Shown in pieces: positions 10,788-21,570 of a DNA stretch of 64,000 nt. Position 1 is the first letter of the stretch. The number at the start of each line of letters is the position of its first letter. The notes beneath the pieces were generated by a model. It was not told the origin of the DNA and searched no databases. It saw nothing but the letters and a program-made list of their open reading frames with translations. The stretch covers positions 77,430 through 141,429 of the forward strand of contig JAJDCB010000012.1 in the NCBI GenBank assembly GCA_029261065.1. Direction: 5' to 3'. The position numbers were made by a program, and so were the translations under genes. This DNA is from Candidatus Omnitrophota bacterium (lineage in GTDB: Bacteria > Omnitrophota > Gorgyraeia > Zapsychrales > Zapsychraceae).

Positions 10788-11507
10788 TTAAGTTAATCCT
10801 AAAACGTCTTGCATGTTATACAAGCCGGATGTTTTATTTTCTAAAAATTTGGCCGCCACCAAAGATCCTTTAGCAAAGATGTCACGATTTTTGGCGTGAT
10901 GCGTGATGGTGATGATATCTTCTCCACTTTCAAAGGTGATGGTATGATCGCCAATGACTTCCCCTTCTCGTAATGACTCGATATTTTTGACTTTCGTCTT
11001 TGAGGATTCTTCAGCTAGTTCAGCAATTGTTTTTGCGGTTCCTGAAGGCGCGTCTTTTTTATGAACATGGTGGGTTTCAGAGATGTTGATAGAGTAATTT
11101 TCGCCTGTCTTGGCTGCTGCTGTTTGTGTGAGCTTAAAAAGGAGATTGACCCCTACAGACATGTTGGATGCAAAGACAATAGCAATTTTTTCAGAAGCTT
11201 TTTTGATTTTTTCTATACCCTCTTGTGTAAAACCTGTTGTCCCGATGACCATATTAACATTGTTCTCAATGCAGGCTTCGAGATTCTTTAAGGTTCCTTC
11301 AGGAAGGGTAAATTCGATATTCACATCGCAGCCCATTAAGGCTGTGGTATCGCTTGAAACACTGATACCACTAATAGGTTCTTTGACCTTTGGATGTTCG
11401 GAATGCTCTAATAGCGTTTTAACTATAAAATTTGAGTCTTCTAAAGCTAACTGCGTAATCCTTGTGCCCATGCGACCATGGCATCCGCTAACGGATAAAT
11501 TTTGCAT
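10788..11507 (-). CDS. dapB: 4-hydroxy-tetrahydrodipicolinate reductase
   Basis: GRMG, IGTTG, ETHHVHKKDAPSGTA. Confidence 0.97.
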   Translation of the reverse strand: MQNLSVSGCHGRMGTRITQLALEDSNFIVKTLLEHSEHPKVKEPISGISVSSDTTALMGCDVNIEFTLPEGTLKNLEACIENNVNMVIGTTGFTQEGIEKIKKASEKIAIVFASNMSVGVNLLFKLTQTAAAKTGENYSINISETHHVHKKDAPSGTAKTIAELAEESSKTKVKNIESLREGEVIGDHTITFESGEDIITITHHAKNRDIFAKGSLVAAKFLENKTSGLYNMQDVLGLT

Positions 11508-11523
11508 AACCTTCCCTCTTTTA

Positions 11524-12411
11524 TTAAGCGTTTACATTTAAAATGCCATAAGCTTCTAAAGCTTTTTTTACAGAAGCTATATTTTTATCATCCATCTCAC
11601 ATAACGGTAATCGAGTCTCTCCACCGCAGAGTCCTAAAAACTCCATCGCCTTTTTAACGGGCTGTGGATTCGATTCGACAAACATCGCTTTAGCTAGAGG
11701 TAAAATTTTGTAATGAAGCTCGCGTGCTTCATCGATTTTGCCTTCATTGAATGTATTGATGACGTTAACGATATCTCCAGGGATAATGTTGGATAATACC
11801 GAAACAACCCCAGATCCGCCAATTCCTAATATAGGTAGTGTAAGAGCGTCATCTCCGGAAAGGATGAGAAAATCTTTACCACATGATAATCGCACCGATT
11901 GTGCTTGATCAAGAGATCCTGAGGCTTCCTTAACACCAATAATGTTTTTACAATCAGATGCTAATTTAGCAACAGTATCTGTTTCAATATTGGTGGCCGT
12001 TCGTCCTGCAATGTTATAAAGAATGATAGGAATTTGCACACTGTCAGCGACAGCTTTGAAATGGCGATATAAACCTTTTTGAGTTGGTTTATTATAATAA
12101 GGTGTAACAACTAACGCGCCACTGGCACCCGCTTTGGCGGCATGTGCTGTTAAGTCTATGGCTTCTTTTGTCGAGTTTGAACCTGTTCCTGCTAGAATAG
12201 GTACACGGTCAGCGGCGGCATCAATACATGTTTCAATCACTTTAGCATGTTCGTCATGATCAAGTGTTGGTGATTCTCCTGTCGTACCGCAAGGCAAGAT
12301 GGCATTGGTACCATGCTTGATTTGAAACTCTACCAATGATCGTAATGTTTCATAATCAACAGCACCATCTTTAAATGGGGTGACAATCGCAACAGTTGCT
12401 CCTTTAAACAT
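11524..12411 (-). CDS. dapA: 4-hydroxy-tetrahydrodipicolinate synthase
   Basis: Start trimmed to MFKGATVAIVTPF; GTTGES, YYNKP, GVKEAS. Confidence 0.97.
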   Translation of the reverse strand: MFKGATVAIVTPFKDGAVDYETLRSLVEFQIKHGTNAILPCGTTGESPTLDHDEHAKVIETCIDAAADRVPILAGTGSNSTKEAIDLTAHAAKAGASGALVVTPYYNKPTQKGLYRHFKAVADSVQIPIILYNIAGRTATNIETDTVAKLASDCKNIIGVKEASGSLDQAQSVRLSCGKDFLILSGDDALTLPILGIGGSGVVSVLSNIIPGDIVNVINTFNEGKIDEARELHYKILPLAKAMFVESNPQPVKKAMEFLGLCGGETRLPLCEMDDKNIASVKKALEAYGILNVNA

Positions 12412-12436
12412 ATTTAGTCTCCTTTTTGAATTAAAT

Positions 12437-12555
12437 GTCATTCCCGACACATCGGGAATCTCTTTTCGCACGGTTACCCGTTTTCAAGGGTATGACAAGT
12501 GTTACTGTCATTCTCAAAACATCTGATTGTTGTCATTCCCAAGGAAGTGGGAATC
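12437..12555. repeat. Cluster of degenerate REP-like palindromes
   Basis: GTCATTCCCGACACATCGGGAATC (12437), inverted copy ~12473-12496, GTCATTCCCAAGGAAGTGGGAATC (12532). Confidence 0.75.
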
Positions 12556-12557
12556 AA

Positions 12558-13382
12558 TTATTTAATATAATATTCGCCCTTAGCGATAAATTTAGCACTT
12601 CCCCGTAACCACACATTAGAAATAATCCCATCCGTACAATCAAATTGAATGTGAAGAATTTCACCACTTTTTGTTTTAACGCGTATTTTGGCACTCTTTT
12701 TATTCTTTAAGTTGGGGTTCTCTAAAAGGTAGGTGACAATGCCCGCTGCCACACTTCCCGTTCCACAAGCCTTTGTTTCATCTTCGACACCTCGTTCATA
12801 TGTTCGGCATTCCACAAGGTTTTTACCCAATTGTTCTACAAAATTTACGTTGGTTCCTTTGGGTTTAAAATGATCATGATAACGAATCAATTCACCAATG
12901 GTGGCGACATCAATATTTTTTACATCATTAACATAAATGATGGCATGCGGAACGCCGGTATTGATCGAACTTACGCGTAAGGGCCTTTTGTTGACTTTGA
13001 TTTTGATTTCAGGTTTAAAATCAAAAGGATCACTTAAGCGCACATTGGCATCTTCCCCCTTGGCTTCACCTAAAATAAGGCCAGCAGGTGTATCCATCGA
13101 AAACAATTTCTTTTTTGGTTTTGTATTTTTGACGATGTAGGCCGCCATACAACGTGCTCCATTGCCGCACATCTCAGCTTCTGATCCATCTGGATTAATA
13201 ATGCGCATGCGATAGTCCGCTTTTTTTGATTTATCCAAAATCAAAAGCCCATCAGCACCAATACCATTACTGCGATCGCAAGCTTGAATGGCCAATCGTT
13301 TTAAACTAATGCCTTTGGGTGGATTAAGGACAATAAAATCATTGCCTGCTCCAGTCATTTTTGTGAAATTTATTTTTTTCAT
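12558..13382 (-). CDS. dapF: Diaminopimelate epimerase
   Basis: KMTGAGNDF, EMCGNGARC, ERGVEDETKACGTG. Confidence 0.97.
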   Translation of the reverse strand: MKKINFTKMTGAGNDFIVLNPPKGISLKRLAIQACDRSNGIGADGLLILDKSKKADYRMRIINPDGSEAEMCGNGARCMAAYIVKNTKPKKKLFSMDTPAGLILGEAKGEDANVRLSDPFDFKPEIKIKVNKRPLRVSSINTGVPHAIIYVNDVKNIDVATIGELIRYHDHFKPKGTNVNFVEQLGKNLVECRTYERGVEDETKACGTGSVAAGIVTYLLENPNLKNKKSAKIRVKTKSGEILHIQFDCTDGIISNVWLRGSAKFIAKGEYYIK

Positions 13383-14635
13383 TTGAGAAAAGACGGTATG
13401 GATTCGCCTTTGAGTAAATCTTCAAAGGTTTCTCTCTTTTTAGTGATTTCATATTTGTTGCCTTTGACCATGACTTCCGGTGCTCGCCCACGGACATTGT
13501 AGTTGCTTGACATCACATAACCATAGGCCCCGGCACTCATAACAGCTAAGAAATCCCCTTTTTTCATTAAGGGTAGTCTTCTATCTTTAGCAAAGTAATC
13601 TCCACTTTCACATATGGGACCAACAACATCACATTTGATTTTCTTGGCACCATTTTTATGAAGGGGTACAATTTCATGATAAGCATCATAAAGTGATGGA
13701 CGCATAAGATCATTCATCCCTCCATCAACAATGAGAAATTTTTTAACACCATTATCTTTTAGATAAAGGACTTCAGAGACAAATATACCGGCGTTGCCTG
13801 CAATAAATCGACCTGGCTCCATGACGATTTTAAGTCCTGTCTTCTCTAAATAAGGAAGTATCGCTTTGGCAAAGTCTTTTGCTGTTTGAGGTTTTTCATC
13901 TTTATAAATAATTCCTAATCCTCCACCGATATCTAAATATTCAAGAGTAATGCCGTCTTGACGCAACACATTAATGAATTCAATTACCTTTTTGATAGCA
14001 TTGACAAAAGGATCTTTTGTTGTGATTTGAGAACCTATGTGGACATGAAGTCCGCTAAATTTAATATTTGAATATTTTTTACGATTTTTCATAATCTGAC
14101 GAGCCGTTTTTAAATCAATACCAAATTTATTTTTTAGTGTCCCCGTTGTAATTTTGGCATGTGTGGGTGCCGCTACATCAGGGTTAATGCGCAACGCGAC
14201 TCGGGGTGTTGTCTTCATTTTTTTTGCAATACGATTAATTTCATCTAACTCAGGTAGGGACTCAACGTTAAAAAATAAAATATCAGCTTTAATGGCTGTT
14301 ACAATCTCCTCTTCTGTTTTTCCGACAGAGGCAAAGACAATTTTTTTGGGGTCAGCTTTGATCAATTGTGTTTTTTTCAATTCGCCCACAGATACGATAT
14401 CAAATCCAGCCCCGTGATTAGCTAGTGTTTGAATGACAGCTAAATTATCATTAGCTTTCATTGCAAAACACACGATCGGATTAAGCTCAGAGAAAGCTTT
14501 TTGAATCTTGGTTAAATGATCCACGAGGGTGTTGTGACTGTAGATATAACAAGGCGTGCCAACTTTTTTCGCGATTGTGCTTACCTTGACATTTTCACAA
14601 TATAAATCATTACTTTTGAACTTAAAGTCGTGCAT
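13379..14635 (-). CDS. lysA: Diaminopimelate decarboxylase
   Basis: FAMKAN, HVHIGSQI, EPGRFI, GPICESGD; start trimmed to MHDF. Confidence 0.97.
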   Translation of the reverse strand: MHDFKFKSNDLYCENVKVSTIAKKVGTPCYIYSHNTLVDHLTKIQKAFSELNPIVCFAMKANDNLAVIQTLANHGAGFDIVSVGELKKTQLIKADPKKIVFASVGKTEEEIVTAIKADILFFNVESLPELDEINRIAKKMKTTPRVALRINPDVAAPTHAKITTGTLKNKFGIDLKTARQIMKNRKKYSNIKFSGLHVHIGSQITTKDPFVNAIKKVIEFINVLRQDGITLEYLDIGGGLGIIYKDEKPQTAKDFAKAILPYLEKTGLKIVMEPGRFIAGNAGIFVSEVLYLKDNGVKKFLIVDGGMNDLMRPSLYDAYHEIVPLHKNGAKKIKCDVVGPICESGDYFAKDRRLPLMKKGDFLAVMSAGAYGYVMSSNYNVRGRAPEVMVKGNKYEITKKRETFEDLLKGESIPSFLK

Positions 14636-16001
14636 TGTTTTTCTTCCAAAAAGCGATTTGTTTTTTAACCATCGCCGGGTTTGTTGATCCAAGAGATTTT
14701 TTAATTTTAACAGATGTCTGTGGATTTAAAAGTTTTTTTACATCGAGTTCAAATAGAGAGTGAAATTTTTTAAGTTCTTTTTCACTTAAATCGGCAATCT
14801 TTTTCCCCTTATCTAAGCAGTTTTTAACCATCTTTCCAATCGTGTCATGAGCTTCTCGATAGGAAACTCCTTTTTTAATTAAATATTCCATAATGTCTAC
14901 CGTAAAAAAGGATTCATCTTGGATTCGTTTTTCAATGACGGGTTTATTAACTTTTAAGGTCTTAAAAAGTTTTGTAAATAGCTCAATCATATCTTTGGCT
15001 TTTTCAACGGATTCAAAGAGCGGTGGCTTATCAAGCTGTAAATCCCGATTATACGTTAAGGGTAAACCTTTCATTAAAACCAAAACTTCTTGAAGATTCG
15101 CATAAAGTTTACCGGTTTCCCCTCGAATTAATTCCATCATATCGGGATTCTTTTTGTGTGGCATGATGGAAGATCCGGTACACAACGACCAATCGATATC
15201 AATGAAATTAAACTCCGAGGTATTCCAGATAATCATATCTTCCGCCATCCGCGAGAAATGCATGCCTAAAATAGCGATGGCAGATAATCCTTCAATAATA
15301 AAATCACGATCGCTCACCGAATCAATGCTGTTTTGAGTGATATCTTCAAAAGGCGTTTCTTCATTCATCATATTGCGATCAATGGGTAAAGATGTTCCTG
15401 ATAAGGCGCAACTTCCAAGTGGCATCTCATCCCCATGGCTAATAGCATCAACAATACGTAACATATCACGCTCTAACATCTCAACGTAAGCTAACATATG
15501 GTGTGACAAAAGGACCACTTGAGCCGCTTGCATATGTGTATAAGCTGGTATGATGACATCTTGATGTTTGTCTGCAAATTTAACAATTTCGTACTGCAAT
15601 TTAAAGATGAGCTCGGCAATGTTATAAAATTCATTAAAGCAATAATATTTCATATCACAAACGACTAAGTCGTTGCGTGATCGGGCGGTGTGTAATTTAT
15701 CCGCCGCATTTCCAATAAGTTTTTTAAGAGATTCTTGGATGTTGGTATGAATATCTTCAGCCTTAGGATTAAATTTAAACGTACCCTTCTCTATTTGATC
15801 ATGGATTTTCTTGAGTCCCATGACAATTTTTGTGGCATCTGTTTGAGGAATAATTTTACATTTCCCCAACATTTTTGTGTGCGCGATTCCAGCTAGACAG
15901 TCATATTTAGCTAAACGATAATCGTAGGATATGCTAAAGCTAAATTTATCCGCTAAATTGTCAGACTTCCCATCGAAGCGACTTCCCCAGAATTTGCTCA
16001 T
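14622..16001 (-). CDS. argH: Argininosuccinate lyase
   Basis: LHTARSRND, GSSIMPHKKNPD, YNRDLQ. Confidence 0.97.
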   Translation of the reverse strand: MSKFWGSRFDGKSDNLADKFSFSISYDYRLAKYDCLAGIAHTKMLGKCKIIPQTDATKIVMGLKKIHDQIEKGTFKFNPKAEDIHTNIQESLKKLIGNAADKLHTARSRNDLVVCDMKYYCFNEFYNIAELIFKLQYEIVKFADKHQDVIIPAYTHMQAAQVVLLSHHMLAYVEMLERDMLRIVDAISHGDEMPLGSCALSGTSLPIDRNMMNEETPFEDITQNSIDSVSDRDFIIEGLSAIAILGMHFSRMAEDMIIWNTSEFNFIDIDWSLCTGSSIMPHKKNPDMMELIRGETGKLYANLQEVLVLMKGLPLTYNRDLQLDKPPLFESVEKAKDMIELFTKLFKTLKVNKPVIEKRIQDESFFTVDIMEYLIKKGVSYREAHDTIGKMVKNCLDKGKKIADLSEKELKKFHSLFELDVKKLLNPQTSVKIKKSLGSTNPAMVKKQIAFWKKNNARL

Positions 16002-16032
16002 AATAACCTCTCGTAAAATTAATATTAATCGT

Positions 16033-16115
16033 GTCGTCCCCGCGAAAGCGGGGATCTAGTAATAGTGATAATATTACTTTTACTATTTTGAGATCCCCGC
16101 TTCCGCGGGGACGAC
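16033..16115. repeat. Inverted pair of REP-like palindromes
   Basis: GTCGTCCCCGCGAAAGCGGGGATC ... GATCCCCGCTTCCGCGGGGACGAC. Confidence 0.85.
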
Positions 16116-16123
16116 ATTCTTAT

Positions 16124-16155
16124 TATCACTTTATCACTCTACCACTCTATCACTA
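16124..16155. repeat. Octamer array TA(T/C)CACT(T/C/A) x4, same family as the four-helix-bundle flanks
   Basis: TATCACTT TATCACTC TACCACTC TATCACTA. Confidence 0.8.
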
Positions 16156-16161
16156 CTTCCC

Positions 16162-17334
16162 TTATCCTGAACCATACGGCATCCCCCACAACTGAATAAA
16201 TCCATCCGCCAATTTTTGATCAAACACATCTTTGTCGCCATAGGTAGCAAGTTCTTCTTTATAGCGAGAAAATTTTGATTTACGCCCCACCACCATGCAA
16301 TTTCCCTTATGAAGCTTAAGGCGAACGACTCCGGTGACACGCTCATTAACCTTATTAAAGTAAGCATCCAATTCTTTTTTAAGCGGAGTATCCCAAAGGC
16401 CGTTATAGGTTAATTGTGCATATTTTTGTGATAATCCTTGTTTATGAGACATAGTCTCACGATCAAGAACTAAACAATCTAATTCATGTTTTGCCGCATG
16501 GATAACTGTTCCTGCTGGATTTTCATAAATTTCACGAGACTTAATACCAACAAGTCTGTTTTCCACCATATCCACTCGTCCTACCGCATTATCTCCTGCG
16601 ATTTGGTTGAGTTTTTCAATAATGGTAACGGGTTGATATGCTTTTCCATCCACCTTAACAGGAACTCCTTTGTTAAACTCGATTTCAACATAGGTAGGTA
16701 TATTTGATGCCTTCAATGGATTTTTTGTTAATTTGAAAATATTTTCAGGCGGTTCATTCCAAGGGTCTTCAAGGACACCGCATTCAATGCTTCGACCGTA
16801 TACATTTAAGTCAATGCTGTAAGGACTTTTTTTGGTGACATCAATTGGAATTTTTTTGGCCTTAGCGTAATCAATCTCTTGATCGCGTGTTTTAAATTCC
16901 CAGATACGAACAGGGGCGATGATTTCAAGTTTAGGCGCCATCAGGCGTGCTGTGACTTCAAATCGGACTTGATCATTTCCTTTTCCCGTACATCCATGCG
17001 CAATAGCATTCGCCTTTTCTTGTTTGGCAATGAGCACCTGATGTTTGGCGATGAGCGGGCGTGATAAGGCGGTGGCCAAGAAGTATTTGTTTTCATAAAC
17101 GGCACTGGCTTTAATCGCGGGAAAGACATAATCTTCCACAAATTCTTTTTTAAGATCAAGCACATAGACTTTTGAGGCACCTGTACTTAAAGCCCGTTTT
17201 TTAATCAATTCAAAATCATCTCCTTGTCCGACATCGGCACAATAGGCAATTGAATCATATCCTTTATCTTCAAGCCATTTAATGGCGCAGGAGGTGTCTA
17301 ATCCTCCGGAATAAGCTAAAACAACTTTTTTCAT
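16162..17334 (-). CDS. argG: Argininosuccinate synthase
   Basis: Start trimmed to MKKVVLAYSGGLDTS; HGCTGKGNDQVRF. Confidence 0.98.
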   Translation of the reverse strand: MKKVVLAYSGGLDTSCAIKWLEDKGYDSIAYCADVGQGDDFELIKKRALSTGASKVYVLDLKKEFVEDYVFPAIKASAVYENKYFLATALSRPLIAKHQVLIAKQEKANAIAHGCTGKGNDQVRFEVTARLMAPKLEIIAPVRIWEFKTRDQEIDYAKAKKIPIDVTKKSPYSIDLNVYGRSIECGVLEDPWNEPPENIFKLTKNPLKASNIPTYVEIEFNKGVPVKVDGKAYQPVTIIEKLNQIAGDNAVGRVDMVENRLVGIKSREIYENPAGTVIHAAKHELDCLVLDRETMSHKQGLSQKYAQLTYNGLWDTPLKKELDAYFNKVNERVTGVVRLKLHKGNCMVVGRKSKFSRYKEELATYGDKDVFDQKLADGFIQLWGMPYGSG

Positions 17335-17371
17335 TGCAGCTCCTTCTAAGTTAATAAGTAAAAATAAGCGT

Positions 17372-17448
17372 GTCATTCCCGCGAAAGCGGGAACCTCCAA
17401 TAAGTAATATTTTTACTATTATTGGGTCCCCGCTTTCGCGAGGATGAC
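17372..17448. repeat. Inverted pair of REP-like palindromes
   Basis: GTCATTCCCGCGAAAGCGGGAACC ... GGTCCCCGCTTTCGCGAGGATGAC. Confidence 0.85.
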
Positions 17449-17462
17449 ATGTGTAATATTTA

Positions 17463-18398
17463 TTAAAACGCGCCCCACGTATTAAACAAAAAGTTTAAGA
17501 CTGCTTTTTGCGTATGTAACCTGTTCTCCGCTTGATCAAAAACAATGGAATGTTCACCATCAATGATTTCTTCAGTCACCTCTTGTCCGCGATGAGCGGG
17601 TAGGCAATGCATGAAAATGTAATTAGGATTGGCTAATTTGACTAACTCTTCATTAATTTGATATTTATCAAAATCATTGATGCGTTTGGCATTTTCTTCT
17701 TCTTGCCCCATGCTCACCCAAACATCACTATAAATAACATCACTTTTTTCAATGGCTTCTTCAGGGGACTGGGTAACTTTAATATTGGCCCCTGTTTCTT
17801 GCGCGTATTTTAAGGCGGTATCAACAATAGCTTGGTCAGGCTCATAATTTTTAGGAGTTGCAATATTGATGTGTATTCCTACTTTAGCGCAGGCTAACAT
17901 TAAGGAATGACAAACATTATTGCCATCTCCGATGTAGGCAACTGTAATATTTTCTAAGCGTTGTAGCCTTTCTTTTATGGAGAAAATGTCGGTTAACGCC
18001 TGACAAGGGTGATAAAGATCAGACAATCCATTGATGATGGGAATGTCAGCATGTTTAGCCAAATCAACAACATCTTGGTGTGTAAAGGTTCGAGCGACTA
18101 TGCCATCAAGGTAACGAGATAAAGTTTTGGCCACATCTGAAGTCGATTCGCGTACGCCTAAATTAATTTCTTCAGGCCCTAAATAAACGCAATTTCCGCT
18201 CATTTGAGATATGCCTACTTCAAAGGAAACGCGTGTGCGATTTGATGGTTTTTGAAAGACTAATCCGATACTCTTATTCTTTAATAACTCCATCGAATAC
18301 AATTGATCATGCTTAATCATCGTTGTCAAATCCATGAGTTTGATGATTTCTTCTTTTGTTAAATCTTCTAAACTAATTAAACTTTTGGATTGTTTCAT
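17463..18398 (-). CDS. argF: Ornithine carbamoyltransferase
   Basis: PSNRTRVSF, HPCQ, HCLPAHRG; arg operon context. Confidence 0.96.
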   Translation of the reverse strand: MKQSKSLISLEDLTKEEIIKLMDLTTMIKHDQLYSMELLKNKSIGLVFQKPSNRTRVSFEVGISQMSGNCVYLGPEEINLGVRESTSDVAKTLSRYLDGIVARTFTHQDVVDLAKHADIPIINGLSDLYHPCQALTDIFSIKERLQRLENITVAYIGDGNNVCHSLMLACAKVGIHINIATPKNYEPDQAIVDTALKYAQETGANIKVTQSPEEAIEKSDVIYSDVWVSMGQEEENAKRINDFDKYQINEELVKLANPNYIFMHCLPAHRGQEVTEEIIDGEHSIVFDQAENRLHTQKAVLNFLFNTWGAF

Positions 18399-19576
18399 GA
18401 TAGTGTTTTAATAACTTTCTCCAGTATATAAATAGCTTTATCAGCTTGTTTTTTAGTGACGTTTAAAGCAGGCATCAATCGTAATACATTGCCTTGTGTG
18501 CAATTAATGATAAGACCTTCATTTAAACAGTCTTGAAATATCTTTTTTCCTTGACTGTTTAATTCGACCCCGATCATTAATCCTATCCCTCGGACCTCTT
18601 TGATGCAACTATATTTTTGTTTCAATTCTTCAAGTTGTTTAATCAGATATTGCCCCATTGTTTTTGTATTTTTAAGCATTTTATCAGTATGAATGGCTTT
18701 AAAAACGCCCAAAGCCCCTTTACAAATGAGTGGACTTCCACCAAATGTTGAGGCATGCATGCCGGGTTTAAATGTATCGGCAATACTTTCTTTAGCTACT
18801 AAGGCACCAATAGGTAGTCCTCCCCCTAAGCCCTTGGCCAAAATCATTAGATCTGGTTGAACCTTGTAATTTTTATAGGCAAACATCTCGCCCGTTCGTC
18901 CCATCCCCGTTTGAACTTCATCAAAGATCAATAAGATATCTTTATCATCGCAAATGCTTCGTAATGTTTCGATATATTCTTGGGTGGCAATATTTATTCC
19001 GCCCTCTCCTTGGATTAATTCCAAAATAACAGCCACGGTTTTTGGATTAACGGCGGCTTTAAAAGCTTTGATATCATTAAAAGGAATGTGCTTAAATCCT
19101 TGGGGAAGTGGTGCAAATCCTTCTTTGTATTGAATTTGACCAGTTGCACTTAAGGCTCCCATGGTTCGTCCGTGAAACGACTTCTCCATGGTAATAATTT
19201 CATGGCGTTTGCCTTGACCATAAGCGCGCGCAAATTTGATGGCGGCTTCATTCCCTTCAGCGCCTGAATTACAGAAAAATACTTTTCCTTTAAAAGAACA
19301 ACGAATAATTTCTTGGGCCAGTTTGGCTTGACTGGGGTGATAAAAATTATTGGGCATGTGAATTAATGTTGAAATTTGATCGCGTACACCGGCCATAACT
19401 TTAGGATGGCAGTGTCCAACATTGGAAACACCCCAACCAGGAAAGAAATCTAAATATTTTTTTCCATGAATATCTGTAACGTTCATCCCTTTTCCCTTCA
19501 CCATAATCAAAGGTTCACGCGTGTAGGTATTCATGACACATTTTTGAAAACTATTTATGATATCTGCTTTTTTCAT
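18395..19576 (-). CDS. argD: Acetylornithine aminotransferase
   Basis: NSGAEGNE, SFHGRT, DEVQTG, AKGLGGG. Confidence 0.94.
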   Translation of the reverse strand: MKKADIINSFQKCVMNTYTREPLIMVKGKGMNVTDIHGKKYLDFFPGWGVSNVGHCHPKVMAGVRDQISTLIHMPNNFYHPSQAKLAQEIIRCSFKGKVFFCNSGAEGNEAAIKFARAYGQGKRHEIITMEKSFHGRTMGALSATGQIQYKEGFAPLPQGFKHIPFNDIKAFKAAVNPKTVAVILELIQGEGGINIATQEYIETLRSICDDKDILLIFDEVQTGMGRTGEMFAYKNYKVQPDLMILAKGLGGGLPIGALVAKESIADTFKPGMHASTFGGSPLICKGALGVFKAIHTDKMLKNTKTMGQYLIKQLEELKQKYSCIKEVRGIGLMIGVELNSQGKKIFQDCLNEGLIINCTQGNVLRLMPALNVTKKQADKAIYILEKVIKTLS

Positions 19577-20427
19577 CCCTTTAATATCTGCGTCCCAATC
19601 CCTCGATTTGTAAAAAATTCTAATAGTAAAGCGTGTTGAATTCGCGCATCAACGATGTGAGTCTTTTTAACATTACCATTTAAGGCCTCAATACAGGAAT
19701 TGACTTTTGGAATCATACCGCCTTGAATGACATTAAGCTTAATAAGATTAGCCACCTCAGCAACCGTTAAGGTTGATATCAGAGATTCTGGATCCTCTGG
19801 ATTTCTTAAGACACCTTGGACATTTGTTAAAAGGACAAGTTTTTCTGCTTTTAGGGAATGAGAAATGGCGCTGGCCACCTCATCGGCATTGATGTTATGT
19901 GATTCTTTTTTCCCACATATGCCCATAGGAGAAACAACTGTAATGTGCCCCTTTTTTAAATGAGATTCTAGCGCTTTTTTATCAATATTGGTTATCGTTC
20001 CCACATAACCTAAATCTTTTGAAGCTTTACGTTTTTCTACATGAAGAATATTTTCATTACCCTTAAGACCTGTAACATCCCCTTTTAAAAATTTGATTTC
20101 TTTAACAATTCTTTGATTGAGTTTTGTCAATTCTTCAATAACTATTTTTAATGTCTTTTTATCCGTAACGCGAATGCCTTCATGAAATTCTGGTGTAAGT
20201 CCTTCTTTTTTGACGCGATTACTAATATGGGGTCCTCCCCCATGAACGAGAATGGTGCGAATACCTACAAAACTTAAAAAAACGATGTCTTCTAATACGT
20301 TTTTACGAATGGCATCATTATCGAGAATACTGCCTCCAAATTTGATGACAAAAACTTTACGGCGAAACGCATGAATGTAGGGAATCGCCTCAATTAGGAC
20401 GCTGGCTTTTTTGATGACTTGTTCCAT
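19573..20427 (-). CDS. argB: Acetylglutamate kinase
   Basis: IKFGGS, VHGGGP, NINAD, GGMIPKV. Confidence 0.96.
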   Translation of the reverse strand: MEQVIKKASVLIEAIPYIHAFRRKVFVIKFGGSILDNDAIRKNVLEDIVFLSFVGIRTILVHGGGPHISNRVKKEGLTPEFHEGIRVTDKKTLKIVIEELTKLNQRIVKEIKFLKGDVTGLKGNENILHVEKRKASKDLGYVGTITNIDKKALESHLKKGHITVVSPMGICGKKESHNINADEVASAISHSLKAEKLVLLTNVQGVLRNPEDPESLISTLTVAEVANLIKLNVIQGGMIPKVNSCIEALNGNVKKTHIVDARIQHALLLEFFTNRGIGTQILKG

Positions 20428-21570
20428 TTAATTATATTCCCCGTTAATTTTTATATAATCATAGGATAAGTCTGAGGTAAATACTGTTGCATTCCCCTTG
20501 CCTAACCCCATACTCACATTAATTGTTATTTCTTTTTTCTTAAACGAACTAAACGAAATTTTTAAATTTTCTTCTTTGACTTGTGCTAATCCTAATGCAC
20601 CAACAGCCTGGGCCACGCGTCCCCAATTCGGGTTGCTCCCAAAAGCGGCTGTCTTGACTAACATGGAATTAGCAATGGCTAAGCCTATCGTTTTTGCTTG
20701 TTTGGCTGATTTGGCTTGAGTAATTTGAATATCGATAAATTTGGTTGCCCCTTCTGCATCAAGGATAATTTTTTTGGCTAAATCAAGACAGGCGTGGTTA
20801 AGTGCTATTTGAAATTTCTTAAAATCTGAACCTTCCGTTGAAATTTTTTTATTCTTAGCGCATCCATTGGCCATTATAACAACAGTATCATTAGTGCTCA
20901 TACAGCCATCGATTGTTATGCTGTTAAATGATTGATCAACGGCAACTTTTAAGGCCAGTTTTAATAATCGTGGTTGGATGTTGGCATCGGTTGTGATCAT
21001 TCCAAGCATCGTAGCCATATTGGGGGCGACCATACCAGAGCCTTTAGCGCATCCTGCAATGGCTACTTTCTTACCACCTAAGATTAATTCAACCGCTATT
21101 TGTTTCTCAACGGTATCTGTAGTCATTATTGCTTTTGCAGCTTTTGACGCACCATCAATGGACAAACTTTTGGATAATTTTGGAATCGCTTTTTTAATTT
21201 TTTTATAGGGCAAAGCTTTTCCGATAATACCGGTAGATAAAACAAAGACATCGTTTGGTTTTATAGCCAAATGTTGAGCCACACTTTTCGCTGTTTCTTG
21301 AGCATAAAGAATACCAAATTTTCCAGTAAAACAATTAGCATTACCACTGTTGGTAACGATTGCCTGAATGTTACCATTTCGAATGTTTTTTTGGCTGACT
21401 AGAAGTGGGGCTGCTTTAATCGAATTCTTGGTAAACACAGCAGCTCCAATGGCTGGTGTTTTACTGAAAATTAATGATAAATCAAGTTTGCCTGATCGTT
21501 TGATACCGCTGGCAATCCCGTTAGCTAGAAACCCTTTTGGCTGTGTCACTCCTGATTGTAGTACTTTCAT
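20428..21570 (-). CDS. argJ: Ornithine acetyltransferase / N-acetylglutamate synthase
   Basis: NSGNAN, KGSGMVAPNMATML, DAEGATK, NPNWGR. Confidence 0.96.
   Translation of the reverse strand: MKVLQSGVTQPKGFLANGIASGIKRSGKLDLSLIFSKTPAIGAAVFTKNSIKAAPLLVSQKNIRNGNIQAIVTNSGNANCFTGKFGILYAQETAKSVAQHLAIKPNDVFVLSTGIIGKALPYKKIKKAIPKLSKSLSIDGASKAAKAIMTTDTVEKQIAVELILGGKKVAIAGCAKGSGMVAPNMATMLGMITTDANIQPRLLKLALKVAVDQSFNSITIDGCMSTNDTVVIMANGCAKNKKISTEGSDFKKFQIALNHACLDLAKKIILDAEGATKFIDIQITQAKSAKQAKTIGLAIANSMLVKTAAFGSNPNWGRVAQAVGALGLAQVKEENLKISFSSFKKKEITINVSMGLGKGNATVFTSDLSYDYIKINGEYN

Noticed and set aside
17335-17400. N-terminal extensions of argG, and likewise dapA, moaA and fabF, in the ORF track
   Set aside because: They run through repeats or hairpins; downstream ATGs match the family starts
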